From positions 310,001 through 374,000 of the forward strand of contig JASTWF010000365.1 of assembly GCA_030390025.1 (NCBI GenBank): a DNA stretch of 64,000 bases, written 5' to 3'. The stretch comes from Squalus acanthias. Its lineage: Eukaryota. A program made the translations under genes and the position numbers. The notes beneath the pieces were generated by a model. That model saw nothing but the letters and a program-made list of their open reading frames with translations, searched no databases and was not told the DNA's origin. This document shows, piece after piece, positions 41,901 through 56,900 of the stretch (position 1 is its first letter; each line of letters starts with the position of its first letter).

Positions 41901-44900
41901 TGAGAGTCAGTGTCTGTGGAACATTATCCCAGTGAGAGTCAGTCTGTGTGAAACTGTACCGCAGTGAGAGTCAGTATCTGTGGAACTCTACCCCAGTGAG
42001 AGTCAGTATCTGTCAGACCAGTACCCCAGTGAGAGTCAGTGTGTGTGGAACCCGTAACCCAGTGAGAGTCAGTGTGTGGGACCCGTACCCCAGTGAGAGT
42101 CAGTGTGTGTGGAACCCGTACCCCAGTGAGAGTCAGTGTGTGTGAAACCCGTACCCCAGTGACAGTCAGTATCTGTGGAACTGTACCCCAGTGAGAGTCA
42201 GTGTCTGTGGAACCCGTACCCCAGTGAGTCAGTATCTGTGGAACCCGTACCCCAGTAAGAGTCAGTGTCAGTGGAACCTGTACCCCAGTGAGAGTCAGTG
42301 TCAGTGGAGCCTGTACCCCAGTGAGAGTCAGTGTGTGTGGAACCCATACCCCAGTGAGAGTCAGTGTGTGTGGAACCCGTACCCCAGTGAGAGTCAGTGT
42401 GTGTGGAACCCGTACCCCAGTGAGAGTCAGTGTGTGTGGAACCCATACCCCATTGAAAGTGAGTGTGGGTGGAACCCGTACCCCAGTGAGGGTCAGTGTG
42501 TGTGGAACCAATACCCCAGTGAGAGTCAGTGTGGGTGGAACCCGTACCCCAGTGAGAGTCAGTGTGTGTGGTACCCGTACCCCAGTGAGAGTCAATGTGT
42601 GTGGAACCCGTACCCCAGTGAGAGTCAGTGCGTGTGGAACTCGTACCCCAGTCAGAGTCAGTGTCTGTGGAAACCGTACCCCAGTTAGAGTCAGTGTGCG
42701 TGGAACTGTACCCCAGTGAGAGTCAGTATCTGTGGAACCCGTACCACAGTGAGAGTCAGTGTGTTTCGAACTGTACCCCAGTGAGAGTCAGTATCTGTGA
42801 ATCCCGTACCCCAGTGAGAGTCAGCGTCTGTGGATCCCGTACCCCAGTGAGAGTCATTGTCTGTGGATCCCGTACCCCAGTGAGAGTCAGTGTCTGTGGA
42901 ACCCGTACCCCAGTGAGAGTCAGTGTCTGTGGAACCCGTACCCCAGTGAGAGTCAGTGTGTGTGGAACCCGTACCCCAGTGAGAGTCAGTTACTGTGGAT
43001 CCCGTACCCCAGTGAGAGTCAGTGTCAGTGGAACCCGTACCCCAGTGAGAGACAGTGTCAGTGGAACCTGTACCCCAGTGAGAGTCAGTGTGTGTGGAAC
43101 CCGTACCGCAGTGAGAGACAGTGTGTGTGGAACCCGTAGCCCAGTGAGAGTCAGTGTGTGTGGAACCCGTACCCCAGTGAGAGTCAGTGTGTGGGGGACC
43201 CGTACCCAAGTGAGAGTCAGTGTGTGTGGAACCTGTACCCCAGTGAGAGTCAGTGTGTGTGGAACCCGTACCCCAGTGAGAGTCAGTGTGTGTGGAACCC
43301 ATACCCCAGTGAGAGTCAGTGTGTGTGGAACCCATACCGCAGTGAGATTCAGTGTGTGTGGAACTGTACCCCAGTGAGAGTCAGTATGTGTGGAATCCGT
43401 ACCCCAGTGAGAGTCAGTGTGTGTGGAACCTGTACGCCAGTGAGAGTCAGTGTCTGTGGAACTGTATCCCATTGAGAGTCAGTATCTGTGGAACCCGTAC
43501 CCCAGTGAGAGTCTGTATCTGTGGAACCTGTACCCCAGTGAGAGTCAGTGTCTGTGGAACCCGTACCCCAGTGAGAGTCAATGTCAGTGGAACCTGTACT
43601 CCAGTGAGAGTCATTGTCAGTGTAACCCGTACCCCAGTGAGAGTCAGTGTCAGTGGAACCTGTAGCCAAGTGAGAGTCAGTGTCCGTGGAACCCGCACCC
43701 CAGTGAGAGTCAGTGTGTGTGGAACCCGTACCCCAGTGAGAGTCAGTGTGTGTGGAACCCGTACCCCAGTGAGAGTCAGTGTGTGTGGAACCCGTACCAC
43801 AGTGGGAGTCAGTGTGTGTGGAACCCATACCGCAGTGAGATTCAGTGTGTGTGGAACTGTACCCCAGTGAGAGTCAGTATGTGTGGAATCCGTACCCCAG
43901 TGAGAGTCAGTGTCTGTGGAACCTGTACGCCAGTGAGAGTCAGTGTCTGTGGAACTGTATCCCATTGAGAGTCAGTGTATGTGGAACCCGTACCCCAGTG
44001 AGAGTCTGTATCTGTGGAACCTGTACCCCAGTGAGAGTCAGTGTCTGTGGAACCCGTACCCCAGTGAGAGTCAATGTCAGTGGAACCTGTACTCCAGTGA
44101 GAGTCATTGTCAGTGGAACCCGTACACCAGTGAGAGTCAGTGTCAGTGGAACCTGTAGCCCAGTGAGAGTCAGTGTCGGTGGAACCCGTACCCCAGTGAG
44201 AGTCAGTGTGTGTGGAACCCGTACCCCAGTGAGAGTCAGTGTGTGTGGAACCCGTAACCCAGTGAGAGTCAGTGTGTGTGGAACCCGTACCACAGTGAGA
44301 GTCAGTGTGTGTGGAGCCCGTACCCCAGTGAGAGTCAGTGGGTGTGGAACCCGTACCCCAGTGAGAGTCAGTGTGTGGAACCCGTACCCCAGTGAGACTC
44401 AGTGTGTATGGATCCCGTACCCCAGTTATAGTCAGTGTGTGGAACCCGTACCCCAGTTAGTGTCAGTGTGTGTGGAGCCCGTACCAAAGTGAGAGTGAGT
44501 GTCTGTGGAACCCGTACCCCAGTGAGAGTAAGTGTATCTTGAACTGTACCCCAGTGAGAGTCAGTGTGGGTGGAACTGTACCCCAGTGAGAGTCAGTATC
44601 TGTGGGACCCGTACCCCTGTGAGAGTCAGTATGTGTGGAACTGTACCCCAGTGAGAGTCAGTGTGTGTGGAGCCCGTACCCCAGTGAGGGTCAGTGTCTG
44701 TGGGCACCGTACACCAATGAGAGTCAGTGTGTGTGTAAACTGTACCCCAGTGAGAGTCAGTGTCTGTGGGCCCCGTACGCCAGTGAGAGTCAGTGTGTGT
44801 GGAACCCGTACCCCAGTGAGAGTCAGTGCCTGTGGAACCTGTACCCCAGTGAGAGTCAGTGTGTGTGGATCCCGTAGCCCATTGAGAGTCAGTGGGTGTG

Positions 44901-47900
44901 TGACCCGTACCCCAGTGAGAGTCAGTGTCTGTGGAACCCGTACCCCAGTGAGAGTCAGTGTCTGTGGAACCCGTACCCCAGTGAGTGTCAGTGTCTGTGG
45001 ATCCCGTATCCCAGTGAGAGTCAGTGTCAGTGGAACCCGTACCCGAGTGAGAGTCAGTGTGTGGGGGACCAGTACCCCAGCGAGAGTCAGTGTGTTGGGG
45101 ACCCGTACCCCAGTGAGAGTCAGTGTGTGTGGAACCCGTACCCCAGTGAGAGTCAGTGTCTGTGGAACCCGTACCCCAGTGAGAGTCAGTGTGTGTGGAA
45201 CCAATACCCCAGTGAGAACCAGTGGGTGTGGAACCCGTATCCCAGTGAGAGTCAGTGTGTCTTGGGCCGTACCACAGTGAGAGTCAGTGTGTGTGGAACT
45301 GTACCCCAGTGTGTATGGAACCCGTACCCCAGTGAGAGTCAGTGTGTATGTGTAACCTGTACCCCAGTGAGAGTCAGTGTGTGTGGAACCCGTACATCAG
45401 TGAGAGTCAGTGTGTGTGGAACCCGTACCCCAGTGAGAGTCAGTGTCTGTGGAACCCGTAACCCAGTGAGAGTCAGTGTGTGTGGAACCAATACCCCAGT
45501 GAGAAACAGTGGGTGTGGAACCCGTATCCCAGTGAGAGTCAGTGTGTCTTGGGCCGTATCACAGTGAGAGTCCGTGTGTGTGGAACTGTACCCCAGTGTG
45601 TATGGAACCCGTACCCCAGTGAGAGTCAGTGTGTATGTGTAACCTGTACCCCAGTGAGAGTCAGTGTGTGTGGAACCCGTACATCAGTGAGAGTCAGTGT
45701 GTGTGGAACCCGTACCCCAGTGAGAGAAAGTGCCTGTGGAACCTGTACCTCAGTGAGAGTCAGTGTGTGTGGATCCCGTAGCCCAGGGAGAGTCAGTGGG
45801 TGTGGGACCCGTACCCCAGTGAGAGTCAGTGTCTGTGGAACCCGTACCCCAGTGAGAGTCAGTGTCTGTGGAACCCGTACCCCAGTGAGAGTCAGTGTGT
45901 GTGGATCCCGTACCCCAGTGAGAGTCAGCGTCTGTGGATCCCGTACCCCAGTAAGAGTCATTGTCTGTGGATCCCGTATCCCAGTGAGAGTCAGTGTCAG
46001 TGGAACCCGTACCCCAGTGAGAGTCAGAGTGTGTGGGACCCGTACCCCAGCGAGAGTCAGTGTGTGGGGGACCCGTACCCCAGTGAGAGTCAGTGTCTGT
46101 GGAACCCATACCCTAGTGAGAGTCAGTGTGTGTGGAATCCGTACCCCAGTGAGAGTCAGTGTGTGTGGAACCCGTACCCCAGTGAGAGTCAGTGCCTGTG
46201 GAACCTGCACCCCAGTGAGAGTCAGTGTGTGTGGATCCCGTAGCCCATTGAGAGTCAGTGGGTGTGGGACCCGTACCCCAGTGAGAGTCAGTGTCTGTGG
46301 AACCCGTACCCCAGTGAGAGTCAGTGTGTGTGGAACCAATACCCCAGTGAGAACCAGTGGGTTTGGAATCCGTATCCCAGTGAGAGTCAGTGTGTCTTGG
46401 GCCGTACCAAAGGGAGAGTAAGTGTGTGTGGAACTGTACCCCAGTGTGTATGGAACCCGTACCCCAGTGAGAGTCAGTGTGTATGTGTAACCTGTACCCC
46501 AGTGAGAGTCAGTGTGTGTGGAACCCGTACATCAGTGAGAGTCAGTGTGTGTGGAACCCTTACCCCAGTGAGAGTCAGTGTGTGTGGAACCCGTACCCCA
46601 GTGAGAGTCAGCGTGTGTGTAACCCATACCGCAGTGAGAGTCAGTGTGTGTGGAACTGTACCCCAGTGAGAGTCAGTGTGTGTGGAATCCGTACCCCAGT
46701 GAGAGTCAGTGTCTGTGGAACCTGGACGCCAGTGAGAGTCAGTGTCTGTGGAACTGTATCCCATTGAGAGTCAGTGTCTGTGGAACCCGTACCCCAGTGA
46801 GAGTCTGTATCTGTGGAACCTGTAACCCAGTGAGAGTCAGTGTCTGTGGAACCCGTACCCCAGTGAGAGTCAATGTCAGTGAAACCTGTACCCCAGTGAG
46901 AGTCAGTGTCAGTGGAACCCGTACCCCAGTGAGAGACAGTGTCAGTGGAACCTGTACCCCAGTGAGAGTCAGTGTGTGTGGAACCCGTACCGCAGTGAGA
47001 GACAGTGTGTGTGGAACCCGTAGCCCAGTGAGAGTCAGTGTGTGTGGAACCCGTACCGCAGTGAGAGTCAGTGTGTGTGGAACCCGTACCCCAGTGAGAG
47101 TCAGTGTGTGTGGAACCCGTACCCAGTGAGAGTCAGTGTGTGTGGAACCCGTACCCCAGTGAGAGTCAGTGTGTGTGGAACCCGTACCCCAGTGAGAGTC
47201 AGTGTGTGTGGAACCCGTACCGCAGTGAGAGTCAGTGTGTGTGGAACTGTACCCCAGTGAGAGTCAGTATGTGTGGAATCCGTACCCCAGTGAGAGTCAG
47301 AGTGTGTGGAACCTGTACGCCAGTGAGAGCCGTGGTTGTGGAACCCGTACCCCCAGTGAGAGTCAGTAGTGTGTGGAACCGTACCCCAGTGAGAGTCAGT
47401 GTGTGTGGAACCCTACCCAGTGAGAGTCAGTGTGTGTGGAACCCGTACCCAGTGAGAGAGTCAGTGTGTGTGGAAACCCGTACCCCAGTGAGAGTCAGTG
47501 TCTGTGGAACCCCGTACCGCAGTGAGAGTCAGTGTGTTGGAACCGTACCCAGTGAGAGTCAGTGTCAGTGGAACCCGTACCCCAGTGAGAGTCAGTGTCG
47601 TGTAGGAACGTACCCCAGTGAGAGTCAGTGTGTGTGGAACCTGTACCCACCCAGTGAGAGTCAGTGTCTGTGGACCCGTACCCCAGTGAGAGTCAGTGTC
47701 TGTGGAACCCGTACCCCAGTGAGAGTCAGTGTCTGTGGAACCCGTACCCCAGTGAGAGTCAGTGTGTGTGGAACCCGTACCCCAGTGAGAGTCAGTGTCT
47801 GTGGAACCCGTACCCCAGTGAGAGTCAGTGTCTGTGGAACCCGTACCCCAGTGAGAGTCAGTGTCTGTGGAACCCGTACCCCAGTGAGAGTCAGTGTGTG

Positions 47901-50900
47901 TGGAACCCGTACCCCAGTGAGAGTCAGTGTGTGTGGAACCCGTACCCCAGTGAGAGTCAGTGTGTGTGGAACCCGTACCCCAGTGAGAGTCAGTGTGTGT
48001 GGAACCGTACCCCAGTGAGAGTCAGTGTGTGGAACCCGTACCCCAGTGAGAGTCAGTGTGTGTGGAACCCGTACCCCAGTGAGAGTCAGTGTGTGTGGAA
48101 CCCGTACCCCAGTGAGAGTCAGTGTGTGTGGAACCCGTACCCCAGTGAGAGTCAGTGTGTGTGGAACCCGTACCCCAGTGAGAGTCAGTGTGTGTGGAAC
48201 CCGTACCCCAGTGAGAGTCAGTGTCTGTGGAACCCGTACCCCAGTGAGAGTCAGTGTCTGTGGAACCGTACCCCAGTGAGAGTCAGTGTGTGTGGAACCC
48301 GTACCCCAGTGAGAGTCAGTGTCTGTGGAACCCGTACCCCAGTGAGAGTCAGTGTCTGTGGAACCCGTACCCCAGTGAGAGTCAGTGTGTGTGGAACCCG
48401 TACCCCAGTGAGAGTCAGTGTCTGTGGAACCCGTACCCCAGTGAGAGTCAGTGTGTGTGGAACCCGTACCCCAGTGAGAGTCAGTGTGTGTGGAACCCGT
48501 ACCCCAGTGAGAGTCAGTGTGTGTGGAACCCGTACCCAGTGAGAGTCAGTGTGTGTGGAACCCGTACCCCAGTGAGAGTCAGTGTGTGTGGAACCCGTAC
48601 CCCAGTGAGAGTCAGTGTGTGTGGAACCCGTACCCCAGTGAGAGTCAGTGTGTGTGGAACCCGTACCCAGTGAGAGTCAGTGTGTGTGGAACCCGTACCC
48701 CAGTGAGAGTCAGTGTCTGTGGAACCCGTACCCCAGTGAGAGTCAGTGTCTGTGGAACCCGTACCCCAGTGAGAGTCAGTGTCTGTGGAACCTGTACCCC
48801 AGTGAGAGTCAGTGTCTGTGGAACCCGTACCCCAGTGAGAGTCAGTGTCTGTGGAACCTGTACCCAGTGAGAGTCAGTGTCTGTGGAACTGTACCCCAGT
48901 GAGAGTCAGTGCCTGTGGAACTGTACCCCAGTGAGAGTCAGTGTCTGTGGAACCTTACCCCAGTGAGAGTCAGTGTCTGTGGAACCCGTACCCCAGTGAG
49001 AGTCAGTGTGTGTGGAACCCGTACCCCAGTGAGAGTCAGTGTGTGTGGAACCCGTACCCCAGTGAGAGTCAGTGTGTGTGGAACCCGTACCCCAGTGAGA
49101 GTCAGTGTGTGTGGAACCCGTACCCCAGTGAGAGTCAGTGTCTGTGGAACCTGTACCCCAGTGAGAGTCAGTGTCTGTGGAACCCGTACCCCAGTGAGAG
49201 TCAGTGTCTGTGGAACCCGTACCCCAGTGAGAGTCAGTGTCTGTGGAACCCGTACCCCAGTGAGAGTCAGTGTGTGTGGAACCCGTACCCCAGTGAGAGT
49301 CAGTGTGTGTGGAACCCGTACCCCAGTGAGAGTCAGTGTGTGTGGAACCCGTACCCCAGTGAGAGTCAGTGTGTGTGGAACCCGTACCCCAGTGAGAGTC
49401 AGTGTGTGTGGAACCCTTACCCCAGTGAGAGTCAGTGTCTGTGGAACCCGTACCCCAGTGAGAGTCAGTGTGTGTGGAACCCGTACCCCAGTGAGAGTCA
49501 GTGTCTGTGGAACCCGTACCCCAGTGAGAGTCAGTGTCTGTGGAACCCGTACCCCAGTGAGAGTCAGTGTCTGTGGAACCCGTACCCCAGTGAGAGTCAG
49601 TGTGTGTGGAACCCGTACCCCAGTGAGAGTCAGTGTCTGTGGAACCCGTACCCCAGTGAGAGTCAGTGTCTGTGGAACCCGTACCCCAGTGAGAGTCAGT
49701 GTCTGTGGAACCCGTACCCCAGTGAGAGTCAGTGTCTGTGGAACCCGTACCCCAGTGAGAGTCAGTGTCTGTGGAACCCGTACCCCAGTGAGAGTCAGTG
49801 TGTGTGGAACCCGTACCCCAGTGAGAGTCAGTGTCTGTGGAACCCGTACCCCAGTGAGAGTCAGTGTGTGTGGAACCCGTACCCAGTGAGAGTCAGTGTC
49901 TGTGGAACCCGTACCCCAGTGAGAGTCAGTGTGTGTGGAACCCGTACCCCAGTGAGAGTCAGTGTGTGTGGAACCCGTACCCCAGTGAGAGTCAGTGTTT
50001 GTGGAACCCGTACCCCAGTGAGAGTCAGTGTGTGTGGAACCCGTACCCCAGTGAGAGTCAGTGTGTGTGGAACCCGTACCCCAGTGAGAGTCAGTGTGTG
50101 TGGAACCCGTACCCCAGTGAGAGTCAGTGTGTGTGGAACCCGTACCCCAGTGAGAGTCAGTGTGTGTGGAACCGTACCCAGTGAGAGTCAGTGTGTGTGG
50201 ACCCGTACCCCAGTGAGAGTCAGTGTGTGTGGAACCCGTACCCCAGTGAGAGTCAGTGTGTGTGGAACCCGTACCCAGTGAGAGTCAGTGTGTGTGGAAC
50301 CCGTACCCCAGTGAGAGTCAGTGTGTGTGGAACCCGTACCCCAGTGAGAGTCAGTGTGTGTGGAACCCGTACCCAGTGAGAGTCAGTGTGTGTGGAACCC
50401 GTACCCCAGTGAGAGTCAGTGTGTGTGGAACCCGTACCCCAGTGAGAGTCAGTGTGTGTGGAACCCGTACCCCAGTGAGAGTCAGTGTGTGTGGAACCCG
50501 TACCCCAGTGAGAGTCAGTGTGTGTGGAACCCGTACCCCAGTGAGAGTCAGTGTGTGTGGAACCCGTACCCAGTGAGAGTCAGTGTGTGTGGAACCCGTA
50601 CCCCAGTGAGAGTCAGTGTGTGTGGAACCGTACCCCAGTGAGAGTCAGTGTCTGTGGAACCCGTACCCCAGTGAGAGTCAGTGTCTGTGGAACCCGTACC
50701 CCAGTGAGAGTCAGTGTCTGTGGAACCCGTACCCCAGTGAGAGTCAGTGTGTGTGGAACCCGTACCCCAGTGAGAGTCAGTGTCTGTGGAACCCGTACCC
50801 CAGTGAGAGTCAGTGTGTGTGGAACCCGTACCCCAGTGAGAGTCAGTGTCTGTGGAACCCGTACCCCAGTGAGAGTCAGTGTCGTGTGGAACCCGTACCC

Positions 50901-53900
50901 CAGTGAGAGTCAGTGTGTGTGGAACCCGTACCCCAGTGAGAGTCAGTGTGTGTGGAACCCGTACCCCAGTGAGAGTCAGTGTGTGTGGAACCCGTACCCC
51001 AGTGAGAGTCAGTGTGTGGAACCCGTACCCCAGTGAGAGTCAGTGTGTGTGGAACCCGTACCCCAGTGAGAGTCAGTGTGTGTGGAACCCGTACCCCAGT
51101 GAGAGTCAGTGTGTGTGGAACCCGTACCCCAGTGAGAGTCAGTGTCTGTGGAACCTGTACCCCAGTGAGAGTCAGTGTCTGTGGAACCCGTACCCCAGTG
51201 AGAGTCAGTGTCTGTGGAACCCGTACCCAGTGAGAGTCAGTGTCTGTGGAACCCGTACCCCAGTGAGAGTCAGTGTCTGTGGAACCGTACCCCAGTGAGA
51301 GTCAGTGTCTGTGGAACCCGTACCCCAGTGAGAGTCAGTGTCTGTGGAACCCGTACCCCAGTGAGAGTCAGTGTGTGTGGAACCCGTACCCCAGTGAGAG
51401 TCAGTGTGTGTGGAACCCGTACCCCAGTGAGAGTCAGTGTGTGTGGACCCTGTACCCCAGTGAGAGTCAGTGTGTGTGGAACCCGTACCCCAGTGAGAGT
51501 CAGTGGTGTGGAACCCGTACCCCAGTGAGAGTCAGTGTGTGTGGAACCCGTACCCCAGTGAGAGTCAGTGTGTGTGGAACCCGTACCCCAGTGAGAGTCA
51601 GTCGGTGTGGAACCCGTACCCCAGTGAGAGTCAGTGTGTGTGGAACCCGTACCCCAGTGAGAGTCAGTGTGTGTGGAACCCGTACCCCAGTGAGAGTCAG
51701 TGTCTGTGGAACCCGTACCCCAGTGAGAGTCAGTGTGTGTGGAACCCGTACCCCAGTGAGAGTCAGTGTCTGTGGAACCCGTACCCCAGTGAGAGTCAGT
51801 GTGTGTGGAACCCGTACCCCAGTGAGAGTCAGTGTCTGTGGAACCCGTACCCCAGTGAGAGTCAGTGTGTGTGGAACCCGTACCCCAGTGAGAGTCAGTG
51901 TGTGTGGAACCCGTACCCCAGTGAGAGTCAGTGTGTGTGGAACCCGTACCCCAGTGAGAGTCAGTGTCTGTGGAACCCGTACCCCAGTGAGAGTCAGTGT
52001 CTGTGGAACCCGTACCCAGTGAGAGTCAGTGTGTGTGGAACCCGTACCCCAGTGAGAGTCAGTGTCTGTGGAACCCGTACCCCAGTGAGAGTCAGTGTGT
52101 GTGGAACCCGTACCCCAGTGAGAGTCAGTGTGTGTGGAACCCGTATCCCAGTGAGAGTCAGTGTCTGTGGACCCGTACCCCAGTGAGAGTCAGTGTGTGT
52201 GGAACCCGTACCCCAGTGAGAGTCAGTGTGTGTGGAACCCGTACCCCAGTGAGAGTCAGTGTCTGTGGAACCCGTACCCCAGTGAGAGTCAGTGTGTGTG
52301 GAAACCGTACCCAGTGAGAGTCAGTGTCTGTGGAACCCGTACCCCAGTGAGAGTCAGTGTCTGTGGAACCGTACCCCAGTGAGAGTCAGTGTCTGTGGAA
52401 CCCGTACCCCAGTGAGAGTCAGTGTGTGTGGAACCCGTACCCCAGTGAGAGTCAGTGTCTGTGGAACCCGTACCCCAGTGAGAGTCAGTGTGTGTGGACC
52501 CGTACCCCAGTGAGAGTCAGTGTGTGTGGAACCGTACCCCAGTGAGAGTCAGTGTGTGTGGAACCCGTACCCAGTGAGAGTCAGTGTGTGTGGAACTGTA
52601 CCCCAGTGAGAGTCAGTGTGTGTGGAACCGTACCCCAGTGAGAGTCAGTGTGTGTGGAACCCGTACCCCAGTGAGAGTCAGTGTGTGTGGAACCCGTACC
52701 CCAGTGAGAGTCAGTGTCTGTGGAACCCGTACCCCAGTGAGAGTCAGTGTGTGTGGAACCCGTACCCCAGTGAGAGTCAGTGTGTGTGGAACCCGTACCC
52801 CAGTGAGAGTCAGTGTCGTGGAACCCGTACCCCAGTGAGAGTCAGTGTCTGTGGAACCGTACCCAGTGAGAGTCAGTGTCTGTGGAACCCGTACCCCAGT
52901 GAGAGTCAGTGTCTGTGGAACCCGTACCCCAGTGAGAGTCAGTGTTGTGGAACCCGTACCCAGTGAGAGTCAGTGTGTGTGGAACCCGTACCCCAGTGAG
53001 AGTCAGTGTCTGTGGAACCCGTACCCCAGTGAGAGTCAGTGTGTGTGGAACCCGTACCCCAGTGAGAGTCAGTGTGTGTGGAACCCATACCCCAGTGAGA
53101 GTCAGTGTGTGGAACCCGTACCCCAGTGAGAGTCAGTGTGTGTGGAACCCGTACCCCAGTGAGAGTCAGTGTGTGTGGAACCCGTACCCCAGTGAGAGTC
53201 AGTGTCTGTGGAACCCGTACCCCAGTGAGAGTCAGTGTCTGTGGAACCCGTACCCCAGTGAGTCAGTGTCTGTGGAACCCGTACCCCAGTGAGAGTCAGT
53301 GTCTGTGGAACCCGTACCCCAGTGAGAGTCAGTGTCTGTGGACCCGTACCCCAGTGAGAGTCAGTGTGTGTGGAACCCGTACCCCAGTGAGAGTCAGTGT
53401 GTGTGGAACCCGTACCCCAGTGAGAGTCAGTGTGTGTGGAACCCGTACCCCAGTGAGAGTCAGTGTGTGTGGAACCCGTACCCCAGTGAGAGTCAGTGTC
53501 TGTGGAACCCGTACCCCAGTGAGAGTCAGTGTGTGTGGAACCCGTACCCCAGTGAGAGTCAGTGTCTGTGGAACCCGTACCCCAGTGAGAGTCAGTGTGT
53601 GTGGAACCCGTACCCCAGTGAGAGTCAGTGTGTGTGGAACCCGTACCCCAGTGAGAGTCAGTGTGTGTGGAACCTGTACCCCAGTGAGAGTCAGTGTCTG
53701 TGGAACCCGTACCCCAGTGAGAGTCAGTGTCTGTGGAACCCGTACCCCAGTGAGAGTCAGTGTCTGTGGAACCCGTACCCCAGTGAGAGTCAGTGTGTGT
53801 GGAACCCGTACCCCAGTGAGAGTCAGTGTCTGTGGAACCCGTACCCCAGTGAGAGTCAGTGTGTGTGGAACCCGTACCCCAGTGAGAGTCAGTGTCTGTG

Positions 53901-56900
53901 GAACCCGTACCCCAGTGAGAGTCAGTGTCTGTGGAACCCGTACCCCAGTGAGAGTCAGTGTCTGTGGAACCCGTACCCCAGTGAGAGTCAGTGTCTGTGG
54001 AACCCGTACCCCAGTGAGAGTCAGTGTCTGTGGAACCCGTACCCCAGTGAGAGTCAGTGTGTGTGGAACCCGTACCCCAGTGAGAGTCAGTGTGTGTGGA
54101 ACCCGTACCCCAGTGAGAGTCAGTGTGTGTGGAACCCGTACCCCAGTGAGAGTCAGTGTGTGTGGAACCCGTACCCCAGTGAGAGTCAGTGTGTGTGGAA
54201 CCCGTACCCCAGTGAGAGTCAGTAGTCTGTGGAACCTGTACCCCAGTGAGAGTCAGTGTCTGTGGAACCCGTACCCCAGTGAGAGTCAGTGTCAGTGGAA
54301 CCCGTACCCCAGTGAGAGTCAGTGTCAGTGGAACCTGTACCCCAGTGAGAGTCAGTGTCTGTGGAACCCGTACCCCAGTGAGAGTCAGTGTGTGTGGAAC
54401 CCGTACCCAGTGAGAGTCAGTGTGTGTGGAACCCGTACCCCAGTGAGAGTCAGTGTGTGTGGAACCCGTACCCCAGTGAGAGTCAGTGTGTGTGAACCCG
54501 TACCCCAGTGAGAGTCAGTGTCTGTGGAACCCGTACCCCAGTGAGAGTCAGTGTGTGTGGAACCCGTACCCCAGTGAGAGTCAGTGTCTGTGGAACCCGT
54601 ACCCCAGTGAGAGTCAGTGTCTGTGGAACCTGTACCCCAGTGAGAGTCAGTGTCTGTGGAACCCGTACCCCAGTGAGAGTCAGTGTGTGTGGAACCCGTA
54701 CCCCAGTGAGAGTCAGTGTCTGTGGAACCCGTACCCCAGTGAGAGTCAGTGTGCTGTGGAACCCGTACCCCAGTGAGAGTCAGTGTGCTGTGGAACCCGT
54801 ACCCCAGTGAGAGTCAGTGTCTGTGGAACCCGTACCCCAGTGAGAGTCAGTGTGTGTGGAACCCGTACCCCAGTGAGAGTCAGTGTGTGTGGAACCCGTA
54901 CCCCAGTGAGAGTCAGTGTGTGTGGAACCCGTACCCCAGTGAGAGTCAGTGTGTGTGGAACCCGTACCCCAGTGAGAGTCAGTGTGTGTGGAACCCGTAC
55001 CCCAGTGAGAGTCAGTGTGTGGAACCCGTACCCCAGTGAGAGTCAGTGTGTGTGGAACCCGTACCCCAGTGAGAGTCAGTGTGTGTGGAACCCGTACCCA
55101 GTGAGAGTCAGTGTGTGTGGAACCCGTACCCAGTGAGAGTCAGTGTGTGTGGAACCCGTACCCCAGTGAGAGTCAGTGTGTGTGGAACCCGTACCCCAGT
55201 GAGAGTCAGTGTCTGTGGAACCCGTACCCCAGTGAGAGTCAGTGTCTGTGGAACCCGTACCCCAGTGAGAGTCAGTGTGTGTGGAACCCGTACCCCAGTG
55301 AGAGTCAGTGTGTGTGGAACCCGTAACCCCAGTGAGAGTCAGTGTGTGTGGAACCCGTACCCCAGTGAGAGTCAGTGTGTGGGACCCGTACCCCAGTGAG
55401 AGTCAGTGTCTGTGGAACCCGTACCCCAGTGAGAGTCAGTGTGTGTGGAACCCGTACCCCAGTGAGAGTCAGTGTGTGTGGAACCCGTACCCCAGTGAGA
55501 GTCAGTGTTGTGGAACCCGTACCCCAGTGAGAGTCAGTGTGTGTGGAACCCGTACCCCAGTGAGAGTCAGTGTGTGTGGAACCCGTACCCCAGTGAGAGT
55601 CAGTGTGTGTGGAACCCGTACCCCAGTGAGAGTCAGTGTGTGTGGAACCGTACCCAGTGAGAGTCAGTGTCTGTGGAACCTGTACCCCAGTGAGAGTCAG
55701 TGTCTGTGGAACCGTACCCCAGTGAGAGTCAGTGTCTGTGCAACTGTATCCCAGTGAGAGTCAGTGTCTGTGGAACCTGTATCCCAGTGAGAGTCAGTCT
55801 GTGTGAAACTGTACCCCAGTGAGAGTCAGTATCTGTGGAACTCTACCCCAGTGAGAGTCAGTATCTGTCGGACCCGTACCCCAGTGAGTGTCAGTGTGTG
55901 TGGAACCCATACCCCAGTGAGAGTCAGTGTGTGGGACCCGTACCCCAGTGAGAGTCAGTGTGTGTGGAACCCGTACCCCAGTGAGAGTCAGTGTATGTGA
56001 ACCCGTACCCCAGTGAGAGTCAGTATCTGTGGAACCTGTACCCCAGTGAGAGTCAGTGTCTGTGGAACCCGTACCCCAGTGAGTCAGTATCTGTGGAACC
56101 CGTACCCCAGTGAGAGTCAGTGTCAGTGGAACCTGTACCCCAGTGAGAGTCAGTGTCAGTGGAGCCTGTACCCCAGTGAGAGTCAGTGTGTGTGGAACCC
56201 GTACCCCAGTGAGAGTCAGTGTGTGTGGAACCCGTACCCCAGTGAGAGTCAGTGTCTGTGGAACCCGTACCCCAGTGAGAGTCAGTGTGTGTGGAACCCG
56301 TACCCCAGTGAGAGTCAGTGTCTGTGGAACCCGTACCCCAGTGAGAGTCAGTGTCTGTGGAACCCGTACCCAGTGAGAGTCAGTGTCGTGTGGAACCCGT
56401 ACCCCAGTGAGAGTCAGTGTGTGTGGAACCCGTACCCCAGTGAGAGTCAGTGTCTGTGGAACCCGTACCCCAGTGAGAGTCAGTGTCTGTGGAACCCGTA
56501 CCCCAGTGAGAGTCAGTGTGTGTGGAACCCGTACCCCAGTGAGAGTCAGTGTCTGTGGAACCCGTACCCCAGTGAGAGTCAGTGTCTGTGGAACCCGTAC
56601 CCCAGTGAGAGTCAGTGTCTGTGGAACCCGTACCCCAGTGAGAGTCAGTGTCTGTGGAACCCTGTACCCAGTGAGAGTCAGTGTCTGTGGAACCCGTACC
56701 CCAGTGAGAGTCAGTGTCTGTGGAACCCGTACCCCAGTGAGAGTCAGTGTCTGTGGAACCCGTACCCCAGTGAGAGTCAGTGTCTGTGGAACCCGTACCC
56801 CAGTGAGAGTCAGTGTGTGTGGAACCGTACCCCAGTGATAGTCAGTGTGTGTGGACCCGTACCCCAGTGAGAGTCAGTGTGTGTGGAACCCGTACCCCAG